A program made the translations under genes and the position numbers. Below, piece by piece: positions 45,282-54,981 of a DNA stretch of 64,000 nucleotides; the first letter of the stretch is position 1, and each line of letters starts with the position of its first letter. Under the pieces are notes generated by a model. It had not been told where the DNA came from, ran no database searches, and saw only the letters and a program-made list of their open reading frames with translations. The stretch is from contig CAVTET010000003.1 of assembly GCA_963733675.1 (NCBI GenBank), positions 352,001 through 416,000 of the forward strand. The letters are read 5' to 3'. Origin of the DNA: an uncultured Methanosarcinaceae archaeon. GTDB taxonomy: Archaea; Halobacteriota; Methanosarcinia; Methanosarcinales; Methanosarcinaceae.

Positions 45282-45515
45282 ATTTAAAACATAATGAATC
45301 AGATATGATTGTATTCGTTAGTTATTTCCACCTTCCTAAGATATCACACTAATGTAATCTATTTTTTCAATATTAAGCGGTTAATAAATAATATAATTTA
45401 TACTAAATTATAGTTAGCAAATATGCAACCAAATTTTATATTTATGTACACCTGCAAAATCTAGGATGTATTTTTATATTTTTTGGAAAAAGGTACACAT
45501 ATGTTGTAAACTATA

Positions 45516-45602
45516 GAGGGTTTCGATAGACTCTGATTTTCACAAATCATTACATGTCATTTATAAGCATGGGCCGAAATTTAGGAATTTATCGAAATCC
45601 TC
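45516..45602. mobile_element. 87-bp MITE, copy D
   Basis: gagggtttcgataga ... tttatcgaaatcctc. Confidence 0.8.
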
Positions 45603-45702
45603 AAAGTTTTATGAGGCTAAAAGAAGCAGATCCATTTTATGAAAAATCAAAAAAACACTATCATATAAATATATGGTGTTTCCAAGCAAATCCCAATGCG
45701 AT

Positions 45703-45990
45703 TTATACATGACCTGATGCTGCATTCCTCAGACATGTTTCCCAATCATCTGGATGCTCTGTATTGTCACATTGCCACTCAAATTCACGCCTTGCAAGCT
45801 TGATAGTTGCTCTGGCCTTCTTGAGTGGAACTAATTCTGCACTATCATCGTATAACACATTTAAACAGCTTACAACATCAACAATAAAACTTTCTAAACT
45901 TTCTGGTCGTATAGATTCGTTCTTTGCATGTGTTTCTGCACATCTAGCGAGATATTCTGCAAGTACACTGATCAGTTTCTCATCACGCAT
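45703..45990 (-). CDS. Hypothetical helical protein (95 aa)
   Basis: ggagtgg RBS before ATG; protein-like composition. Confidence 0.6.
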   Translation of the reverse strand: MRDEKLISVLAEYLARCAETHAKNESIRPESLESFIVDVVSCLNVLYDDSAELVPLKKARATIKLARREFEWQCDNTEHPDDWETCLRNAASGHV

Positions 45991-47019
45991 GGTTCCACTC
46001 CTTTGTGCGACAAATGGGAAATCTACTTTGTCACACTGGATTTCAGATTTGGATAATTACTACAGTACAATATTTGTTAATGTGCAGGCGTATATTGCTT
46101 AATCCAGCCCAACATACCTGTTAATCATCATTTCCAGAATATTGAAATCGAAAAAGCTGATCAAACTAATATACGAGCGTCTAGAACAGGCTTTAAATCC
46201 TATTTTCCAAAGGATGGCGCCTGAAATACTCTTAAAGTATTTTTTTGTGATTTAAAGGGTTTCTAAATCGCTTAACTTGAGATAAACTTAGAGATCTGTG
46301 TTTCTGCTATTTAGGGGCTTTTACAGGTTGTCTTGCTATAATGCAAGTCCAAAGTATGCTCACAACATTTGACTTTTAAACAATTTTTGATCACAAATTC
46401 CCCACTTATGGTTCATAAAGACAAAAATTAACCCGTTTTTCATATATACTTAAGTATTTTCACAAACATCGCCACCGACTAAACAATAAAATGGGCATTT
46501 TATACCTAGAAGCCATTTCTGTAGTCAGCAATGATAAATGATTTCTTTAGAAATACTCACATACTCACATTTCGAATCTCATTTTCTACTCAGTTTACAC
46601 TTTTTTCTTGTGCAGGCAAGTCCAGAAAACGGGTGTACATGAGCAATGAATCTTAAAATGAATATGAACCAAATAATGAGGCAAGTCCAAAATATAAAAG
46701 GACGTTTACTTTCAATAATCTTTCTATTTTTCTCTTTATTTATGAAGTCTTTTTAGGTAGTTTGATCCAAAAGAGGAAACTAATCGGCTCATAAACCGCC
46801 TAACTTAATCATATAAGAGAAAGTGATTTGGAGTACCGGACTAATAAATATATGGCTTTTCGCTATTTCGAATGGATAATTTAAAATCAGTTTCTAAATT
46901 CGACACAATATATGTGATATTTGGAAAGTCTTTATGAGCAAGAGTATTTTAACACGTGGGAACCTGTAAATTAAATTCTTAATTAAAAAGCTCAAAAATC
47001 ACTAGATTTTTGAACTTAG

Positions 47020-47360
47020 TCTAGAGGTAGAATCAGGTCTGAACAATTAAATGCCAAGAAACTAAAGTTAGAAGATTTGATTGAATACCAAGAAGGAAAC
47101 GTGGTAAGCAGAAAAATTATCCATAAAAGCACAGGAACCGTAACAATATTTCCCTTCGATAAGAGAGAAGGATTAAGTGAACATACTGCCCCCTTCGATG
47201 CCATAGTTCAGCTAATAGATGGGAAGGCCGAAATAACTATCTCCGGTGATAAAAATATTCTAGAGAAAGGGGATATGATCATATTGCCTGCCAACGACTC
47301 CCACGCGCTCAATACAATGGAAAGGTTCAAAATGGTTCTCTGACCACGATCCTTTCTTAA
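47020..47360 (+). pseudogene. Cupin-domain protein, start codon lost and 3' end frameshifted
   Basis: LIEYQEG.VVSR, FD..EGLSEHTAPFDA.VQ..DG.AEITI, G.MIILPAN.SHAL, FKMVL. Confidence 0.8.
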
Positions 47361-47966
47361 TTTTTCAACATACTCTCGGTGTAGGTAGACATTAAATTGT
47401 TATAATTGCAAATGATAAAATTTTTTAAATTGTGTGCCATAATTGTGTGTAGTCATTAGGTTTATATAGACTATCTTGGTCCCTCATTAAACTTTATTGC
47501 AAAAATGTTTTATTGCTTATATGTGTCGTGAAGTTGAGCCATGCTAACCAACTTTAAATCTAATGTGCATTTATAAAATGTTCAAATTTACATCTCGACC
47601 TCCTTTCAAAAATAAGGTGATTTTTGCAACAACTGACTAAATATATTAAATTTTCCATGGACACGTGCTCAATAAAATCAATGATTTTGACTGAATCCCA
47701 AAATTCTACTGAAACTCCCACCAAATTCGCAAAAAATACCCCAAAATTGGCATATTTTTCAGCGATATCTATGAAAATTTGAACAATTAATTTAGAAAAA
47801 GGGCAAAATAGGCACTAACCGGTGTTAATAAAAATGAGTCTCTTTTTTTGGAGGAGGCGGAATACGTGTTCAAAAAAAATCTCTGAATCATTAATATAAC
47901 CTCTAATGTCGACCTGCCGAACGCAGGCTCTAAGGTATTATTTTAACAATAAAATAATTCTAGATC

Positions 47967-48647
47967 CTATATCACCACCTTCTCCCAGTCTATATCCAGC
48001 GCATCACCTATTTTCTCAAGCACCAAATTTGCACCAGCATCCTTTAAAAGTTTTGCACTCACTGTCTGTGCCACACCTATCGCATAAATTCCTGAACTCT
48101 TAGCAATTCTCATATCGCCAGGTCCGTCACCGAAATAAATTGCCCGTCTTGCAAATTCTTCAAGCGACAAGTTTTCTTTTTCCGCCAATATCTCCATATG
48201 CTTCTGGCTTTTTTTGTATGTATCAAAACCCAACAAAAAGTCAATATTATCCAAGATGCCAAGATCATAAATTCGTTTAATCATTGCACCCGTACTGCTA
48301 CCAGAAGTTATTAGAACTCTATACCCTTTATCTTTAAATAATTTTAACAACTCTTCAACTTTCGGAAAAAGAGAATATTTTTTCTCATTTACAATATTAC
48401 AAAATTCATCCATAAGCTTCGGAACTTCATCTGTTGAATATTTATGCAGATTAAGAACGTAAGCAAATTGTTCATCCCACGGAGTGCCAGTTACAGCAAC
48501 TGAATATTTTACTATATCGGGGATGTCAAAGTTTTCAATTTTGGTGTACCGTTTTAAAACATCACAAAAGACTCTGGTATATATTGGCATAGCGTCAACC
48601 AGAGTTCCATTGAGATCAAAAATTATGTATTTTATTTTAATGTTCAT
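47967..48647 (-). CDS. HAD-superfamily hydrolase
   Basis: IIFDLNGTL (motif I), ITSG (motif II), YFGDGPGDM.IAK..G (motif IV). Confidence 0.9.
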   Translation of the reverse strand: MNIKIKYIIFDLNGTLVDAMPIYTRVFCDVLKRYTKIENFDIPDIVKYSVAVTGTPWDEQFAYVLNLHKYSTDEVPKLMDEFCNIVNEKKYSLFPKVEELLKLFKDKGYRVLITSGSSTGAMIKRIYDLGILDNIDFLLGFDTYKKSQKHMEILAEKENLSLEEFARRAIYFGDGPGDMRIAKSSGIYAIGVAQTVSAKLLKDAGANLVLEKIGDALDIDWEKVVI

Positions 48648-49105
48648 AAATCGCACTTTCCAGGATTATAATCATAGTACACTCACAAATTAATTAAACT
48701 TTTCAAAATTGTTCATAGTTTCAAACTTAATTATTTACACTTAAATCTCTCGAAATTCGATTAGCAGCAAAATTTCCCTAAAATCTTTTTCTGGTACAGA
48801 GCTTGAACCTGCGTATGAGAATAGGCACTTCGGATGCAAAGGGTCAAAGATAAAGATTTGGATTTCCAAATAATGGTAAAGTTTTGTGGATCAAATATTG
48901 GAGGCCTCTATATAAATCTGGATGCTGTGCCAATAGTCATCGTTTGTTCAAAAAAGTTTTTCCCTGTATGTATTCAGGCAAGGGGATCTTCTAAGTGCTG
49001 GCCCTGATTCTTGCAGGGATAGAATCTGATTAATATTTCTCCTTCTTCCCCACAAGCAGTTCATTATTCCAAACGACATTCGTATGTGATAACCGTTTAT
49101 CCTTC

Positions 49106-49927
49106 TTAGCTAGAATTCCTGGATTGTGCCGAGGGCGCCAGCGAAATTATATGTTCGCATACATTCTTTCCTGTGATTTTACAGCTAACCTCCCTTACAC
49201 TGATATCTTTCCCAAAATAATCAGTCAGGTAACCTGCAAAATAGCCACTCATAAAGGCACAAACAGGCTGGTCAGCCGATCCGTAAACATCGGCTATAAA
49301 CGAGTCTTTCACAATGATCTTTCCTTCGTAAGTCTTTGGATCACATTCAATTTCGAGAATTCCCCAGCCTGCTGCTCTGTAGAACTCCTCAAGAACACTT
49401 GCGTAATTGCTTTCATTAATCAGCATGATGCTCTTGAAGTATTTTGCCACATGAATCCCTTCCTTAAGACCTGAAATGGTTAGAAGCCCCTCTGCACCAG
49501 GCACGCTTTCGATGAGATTTTTAATGATATCAACAATTGTGAATGCTCTTGTTATTACTCCCCTGACTCCAGCTACATTAAGAGGAAAGTTCACGGAATA
49601 AATCATCCCGTATTTTGAGATCCCGTACTCTACTTCACTTACAATTTCCAGATCTTTTATTTTTCTGGCGAGATTTTCAGGATCAATATTTTCGTTAAGT
49701 TCCGTAAATACCGAATATTCTCCCCTTTTTTGTGTAAAATTATCTAGATGACCAAACATAATGAAAGCCTTTTCTTTTTCAAGAAAATCAGTTATTAAGG
49801 ATAAAGATCCGGGCTCTTTCGAATAAATAATCTTGAACCATACAATCTGCGAATTTTCACTTAAGCCTGCAAACATAAATAAATCTCTAACCATATGACT
49901 CAAACTCCTATTATTGTTATTTGACAT
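49106..49927 (-). CDS. ACT plus V4R ligand-binding domain protein
   Basis: N-terminal ACT-like EPGSLSLITDFL; V4R AAGWGI...PVC.FMSGYFAG...VREVSC...G...CE. Confidence 0.88.
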   Translation of the reverse strand: MSNNNNRSLSHMVRDLFMFAGLSENSQIVWFKIIYSKEPGSLSLITDFLEKEKAFIMFGHLDNFTQKRGEYSVFTELNENIDPENLARKIKDLEIVSEVEYGISKYGMIYSVNFPLNVAGVRGVITRAFTIVDIIKNLIESVPGAEGLLTISGLKEGIHVAKYFKSIMLINESNYASVLEEFYRAAGWGILEIECDPKTYEGKIIVKDSFIADVYGSADQPVCAFMSGYFAGYLTDYFGKDISVREVSCKITGKNVCEHIISLAPSAQSRNSS

Positions 49928-50446
49928 TCAATTAAGCTATTGTTCTAAGTTTCCTGAGAGCATTAAACTTTTTGTTTGAGTACTTATATTTCATATTTTG
50001 TTCTATAATGCATATGAAAATGTAATCACTAGTTAGTAAATTTATTGGCGAAGTCTCAAAGGAATCTTCGCTTTACCCATATATAAGCCATCATTGATGA
50101 AAGTTTCACCATCTTTTAACTTGTTCATGCATTTGAAAGAGATTCAGTTTGCTTCAAAAGTGAATGTGCATATAGCTTAGAACCTATTCGAAAAGTCTTA
50201 TAATGAAATATTATAAAGTATCCAGATAGGAAGCGGGAAATATACATAAACGTTATGAGCTTATTAGAAGCCCGTGGCGGAGTTTAAACCGTCTGGACAA
50301 TAATGTATCATTAACTTATTGAAAATTGTGCTTTAAAAGAATTGTAAGATTTCATTTTTATAATTTTTATACCATAATGTATTTTCAAAATATCAAAGAT
50401 GAGATTTTTGGATCCAAGAGTATTATTCTTGAGTCATAAAAAATTC

Positions 50447-51298
50447 GGTTCCGTTGCAAAAAATCCTTTCTAATGATACAATAGAATAAAAAGAAAATCA
50501 AAGATGGTAATATGCTATCTAATTCCTTTAAATGGAAGCATTATAAAGGAGAAATTATCCTATTGAATGTAAGATGATACTTAAAATACCCATTGAGCTA
50601 TAGAAATTTAAAGGAAATGATGATAGAAAGAGAAATTCAGTTGATCACAGTACTATAATGAGATGGGTGCATCAATATTCTCCTGAAATAGAAAAAAGAT
50701 AAGAAGACATTTAAGACCAACAAATTATTCGTGGAGAGTTGATGAAACCTATATCAAAGTAAAAGGTAAATGGAAATATTTTTACCGAGCAGTTGACTCA
50801 AATGGAGAGACAATCGATTTCATGTAAAGTGCAAAACGAAACAGAAAAGCTGCGAAGATATTCTTTAAGAAAGCTTTAAGTTCGTATCATAATCAAATTC
50901 CAAAGGTAATAACCGTTGATAAGAATCCAGCTTATCCACCTGCTATAGGTAAACTGAAAAATGATAAAAGACTACCTAAAAACGTAGGTATTCGATAAAC
51001 CAGGTATTTAAATAACATTATAGAACAAGATCATAGATCTATAAAACGAATCGTTAATCCAATGTTAGCATTTCAGTCTTTTCGATCTGCTAATAAGACT
51101 TTAAAAGGAATTGAAGCTATGAATATGATCAAAAAAGGACAAGTAAATGATCTAAATTACTCTGTTCTTAATGAAGTCAAATATATTAATCAATTGTTTG
51201 GTATTATTTTATAATGTTAGTACATTTTCCTTGAATATTTTGATTTTTATTCATTACTTATAGATTTACATATTTTTTTGATTTTTTGCAACGGAACC
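50447..51298 (+). mobile_element. IS6-family element, copy 3, transposase pseudogene
   Basis: Same TIRs; TGA near 50575, further stops and frameshifts. Confidence 0.95.
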
Positions 51299-51494
51299 GA
51301 ACAAGCTGATACGATGTATTTCAGAGTAATTTTAACTGAAGATATTTTACTGCTCCATTAACGAAATTTGAGAAGAGTATTATAAAATAAAGGAAATTAA
51401 TATTAAATTTTACTTTTCTGTAAAAATCTCGAAAAATGAGCGAAATTTTGCTGAGTATATGAGTCAGTTGGTAGAGTGCTGGAACTGAGACCAA

Positions 51495-52793
51495 TTATTC
51501 CAGCATCCACTTCCACACCGATTTAACCGTTATTTTTTTCTTTTCAGCCTTGCCTTCAATAAACAGGACTTCTTCGTCGTCCATAGTTAGAATTAGTCCT
51601 TCTTCAAGCCCATAATCTTCCATAGCTTCCAGAAGTCCGGAAATTGCTTTTTCTCTGATTACCGGGCTTCCTAAATGGATCGAAGTTTGAATTGCAGCCG
51701 AAATCTTTCCGCTATCTTTTTCCTTAATAAGGAAATCACATTCATTCATGTTTCTTAAATAGAATATCTGTTTTTCTTGCCTGAGCAATTCAAGATACAC
51801 AAGGTTCTCAAATCTTTGCCCAAGGTTGTCTGGGTAATTTGGGCACACTGCTTTAAAGAAACCAGTGTCAGATAAGTAAATTTTACACTGAGCCGCCATT
51901 TCCGAGCTGTTCTCATAAGGAGGGGTGAGTTTCGGGATACGATACAGCAAAAAATTATCTTCCAGATAATCCAGATAGTTACATAGAATTTCCTTGTCTT
52001 CAATCCCACTTGCTTTTTTTAAAGTTTTCAAAAGACACTCTGAAGCCACGTTTGATATCAAGAATATCGAAAGCTTTTTTAATCCACTTATGACCTGAGT
52101 ATCACAACCTTTTACAGCCCCTTTTTGCAGGATTTCTTCAAAATATTTTCGGCAGAGCTGAATAGCGTTATTTCCGATCACATCAGGGAAGCCACCATTT
52201 TCAAAATATTGTAAAAACAGACACAACATTTCATCGCTTTGAGAAGGTGTAAGAAATTTAGACTTTGGTATTGTGATACCTCTCAAGAGAATGTATTCTT
52301 TAAATGAGAATGGCAAAAGCCTTATGATTTTACTTCTGTCTTTAAACCTTGTTAAAAATTCCTTCTCTTTTAAGCCTGAACAAGAAGATGTTATGAAAAT
52401 TTTTGCCCCTTGCTTGTTAAGTTTATCAACCCAGCTTTCCCATCCTGGGACATTATGTATTTCGTCGAGAAAATAATAAATCTGTTCTGCTTCATTTCTC
52501 AAGGATTTTTTCTCGTGAATTTCAGTTGCAAGTTTTTCAATGACCTGAAAACTTCCGGATCCTAATTCATAGATATTGCTGTCTTCAAAATCAATATAGA
52601 TTTTTGAGCCCTGCAGGTTACTGGCAATTTGTCTAAGAAGAGACGTTTTGCCTGCATGTAGAGGGCCGGAAATAAATGTGATTTCATTCCCTCCAAGGTA
52701 GGGGGAAAAAGACATCCTGGGAACCAAATTGAAGGAGTTTTGGAAAAAATTTTGGTGGCTAAGTATTGGGGGGGTAATCTTCAAATTTTGCAT
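51495..52793 (-). CDS. AAA_14 / DUF4143 ATPase
   Basis: Walker A GPLHAGKT, Walker B FLDEIH, PFSFKEY, GGFP, K.Y..DTG, G..FEN.V, ECDF. Confidence 0.92.
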   Translation of the reverse strand: MQNLKITPPILSHQNFFQNSFNLVPRMSFSPYLGGNEITFISGPLHAGKTSLLRQIASNLQGSKIYIDFEDSNIYELGSGSFQVIEKLATEIHEKKSLRNEAEQIYYFLDEIHNVPGWESWVDKLNKQGAKIFITSSCSGLKEKEFLTRFKDRSKIIRLLPFSFKEYILLRGITIPKSKFLTPSQSDEMLCLFLQYFENGGFPDVIGNNAIQLCRKYFEEILQKGAVKGCDTQVISGLKKLSIFLISNVASECLLKTLKKASGIEDKEILCNYLDYLEDNFLLYRIPKLTPPYENSSEMAAQCKIYLSDTGFFKAVCPNYPDNLGQRFENLVYLELLRQEKQIFYLRNMNECDFLIKEKDSGKISAAIQTSIHLGSPVIREKAISGLLEAMEDYGLEEGLILTMDDEEVLFIEGKAEKKKITVKSVWKWMLE

Positions 52794-52939
52794 ATAACCA
52801 AGAGCTTGTAAGTTGAACTATATAGTATTTCTGCCTCGCATAATACCTTTGAGTAATTGATAAGCTATAGCGGGTCAATCAAAAAAAAACATCGTTGTAT
52901 ATGGGCATGTGTGTAAACTTTTGGACGATGGATAACTTA

Positions 52940-53027
52940 GAGGAGTTCGATAAACCTCTGATTTCCAAGAATCAGTTATACGCCGTTAAGAAAAATGTGA
53001 CAAGTTTAGGAATTTATCGATATCCTC
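52940..53027. mobile_element. 88-bp MITE, copy E
   Basis: gaggagttcgataaa ... tttatcgatatcctc; interior resembles copy D. Confidence 0.8.
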
Positions 53028-53198
53028 CTTAATCTATAAATTTCTTTGTAGATTGAATTTGAATAAAATAATAATAGAGCAGATTCATCGAAACATATAA
53101 ATAAAAGATGAGTGCAAATATATTACGCAATCGTACTTTTCTTAACTTTATTACGCTACCTTATTTATCCATTTGATTAAAATTTTTCCCCACATCTT

Positions 53199-53530
53199 AT
53201 AGGCTATCCGAAAAGTCCTGCTGATCTGAATGTTATCAATGCGCACGCTAAATGTAGGATAGCAAGGTAATTTTCAATTTTCTTTTCCCATCTTATAAGG
53301 AGTCTTCTGAATCTATTCAGCCAAGAATGTGTCCTTTCTACAACCCATCTTCTTGCCCTAAAACCAGGTATGTCTCTCCTTATGTTTTCTTCTCCACGAC
53401 TTTTGATATGCGCAGTATAACCATATTCTTCAACCAATTTTCTGATATCGGTGAAATCATAACCCTTATCCATGAATATATTCTGAATTATGTCTTATGC
53501 AGAAAGTATATTATTTTTCGGATAGGCTCT
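53199..53530 (-). mobile_element. Internally deleted IS5-family element carrying a transposase C-terminus
   Basis: DKGYD...RRWVVERTHSWLNRFRRL.IRWEKK..NY (53204-53473); ends ggctatccgaaaa / ttttcggataggc are inverted repeats. Confidence 0.85.
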
Positions 53531-53608
53531 TAGTGAAATTATTAACAAAAAGTTATGTAGATTCCTTCAATATATTCAAAGTAAGAAAACTACTGTATTG
53601 TAACTCTA

Positions 53609-54486
53609 GAGAATTTCGATAAAATCCGATGCAGTTGAGTATTGAAGAGTTTAAATTTTTTAAAATTAATTTTTTTATGAAAAACCTCACTGATTTTGCT
53701 CTTACAGAAAAATGCAACCTCTTTAGATAGTTGTTAATATACTTGCTGAGATTGATTGCTTAATTGATTGAACACATTTTAGCATCATTTTTGGGTTCAT
53801 ATATTTTAATAAAAAAGTTTCCGGAGGCATAAATGAAGCTGACATAATCATTATGTTTTGAATACCTTTTTGCAGCAATTGCATGGTTTTCGGACTTTGA
53901 ACTTGAGAACCAACGTATTAGATCGAATTTTATTCAGGAAATTTATTGGTTTCCCTGAGCAAATACCAGACAGTACCAAAGTCTTGTCATTTGGGAAAAG
54001 AATTATTGATAACTGCAAATAAGAATAAAATATGGAAACAATTGCAACTTCAACTTTATTGCCTTGGTTTGAAAAATAAAAACTGGAATGACTAAGAACT
54101 TTACTTTTATCCATTCAGATCTTAGACATGCAAAAGTAAATAAGCCTCTACAAAATGAATCAAAAAAAGGAAGAAGTACAGATGGGACCTGGATACTAAA
54201 AATGATAAGTCCAATTTTATACAAACTTCATGGTATAATAGGCAGGAATTATGAGCTGAGAATCTTGTTTCTTGAGATATACTCATTCCCAGAAGATTTT
54301 CTTTTACTTTCTTTTCATTGTTGCATCATAACCTTTTGATTTTGTTCCAAGGTATCCTTTCTCTCTGTAAACTACTTCATTTTTTTCTGAAAAATCTACC
54401 TGCAAATAATGAAGTTATATAGTTGTTGTTTTGAATTTTCTGATCAGTTCATAATCCCTGCCTATTATACCATGAAGTTTGTATAA
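53609..54486 (+). mobile_element. Decayed IS5-family element with an inverted 3' segment
   Basis: Left end gagaatttcgataaa; relic MKNLTDFAL..LAEID.LID..LQQLHG.SDFELE..DRI.FRKF.GFPE.IPDST..TFIHSD..DGTW..YKLH; the continuation lies on the minus strand at 54260-54486. Confidence 0.85.
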
Positions 54487-54981
54487 GATGTGGTTAATGG
54501 TAAACAGATCTGGTGTTTATTTTAAGTTTTCTTTAAATTCTTTTATGAAAATGCAGTTATCACTGTGTATCTATTTTTAATTAGTAGTCTCTATTCTTTG
54601 CTCAAGTCTTTGCTATAGCACACTTTTCCGGAAAAGGTTAAAAAAATTGGCCTTTATCATATAGATAATTTTATATATAGTCAGTTGATTGAATTGCCAT
54701 TCAAAATTGTTCTTGTATTCGTACATTCCCTCTCAAGCACTTTACAGATTTTTATTTATAAATGTACTAATTTATGTGAAGACTATATATTGTTTTAAAG
54801 TTAATTCTATTGATTCTTTGTTCAACTACGTAATATTTCTGTTTGACAGCTGGGATTAACTTTAGTGATCAAGGTCAAATTAAGCGTCAAGTCGTGCGCT
54901 ATATATTGATGATACTTATATAAGCCAAATGTAAAAAAATCCAGCAAAATGATTAAAAATTGAGTGAAGGCTGAAATAATA

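Noticed and set aside
6959-50580. Pyrrolysine (UAG) read-through explaining the split genes
   Set aside because: The in-frame stops examined are TAA (6959, 30911, ~41610) or TGA (~50575), and most other lesions are frameshifts
54780-54980. c-di-AMP (ydaO) riboswitch upstream of the KimA-like transporter
   Set aside because: No recognisable ydaO consensus blocks; the region is AT-rich with a plain TATA-like element
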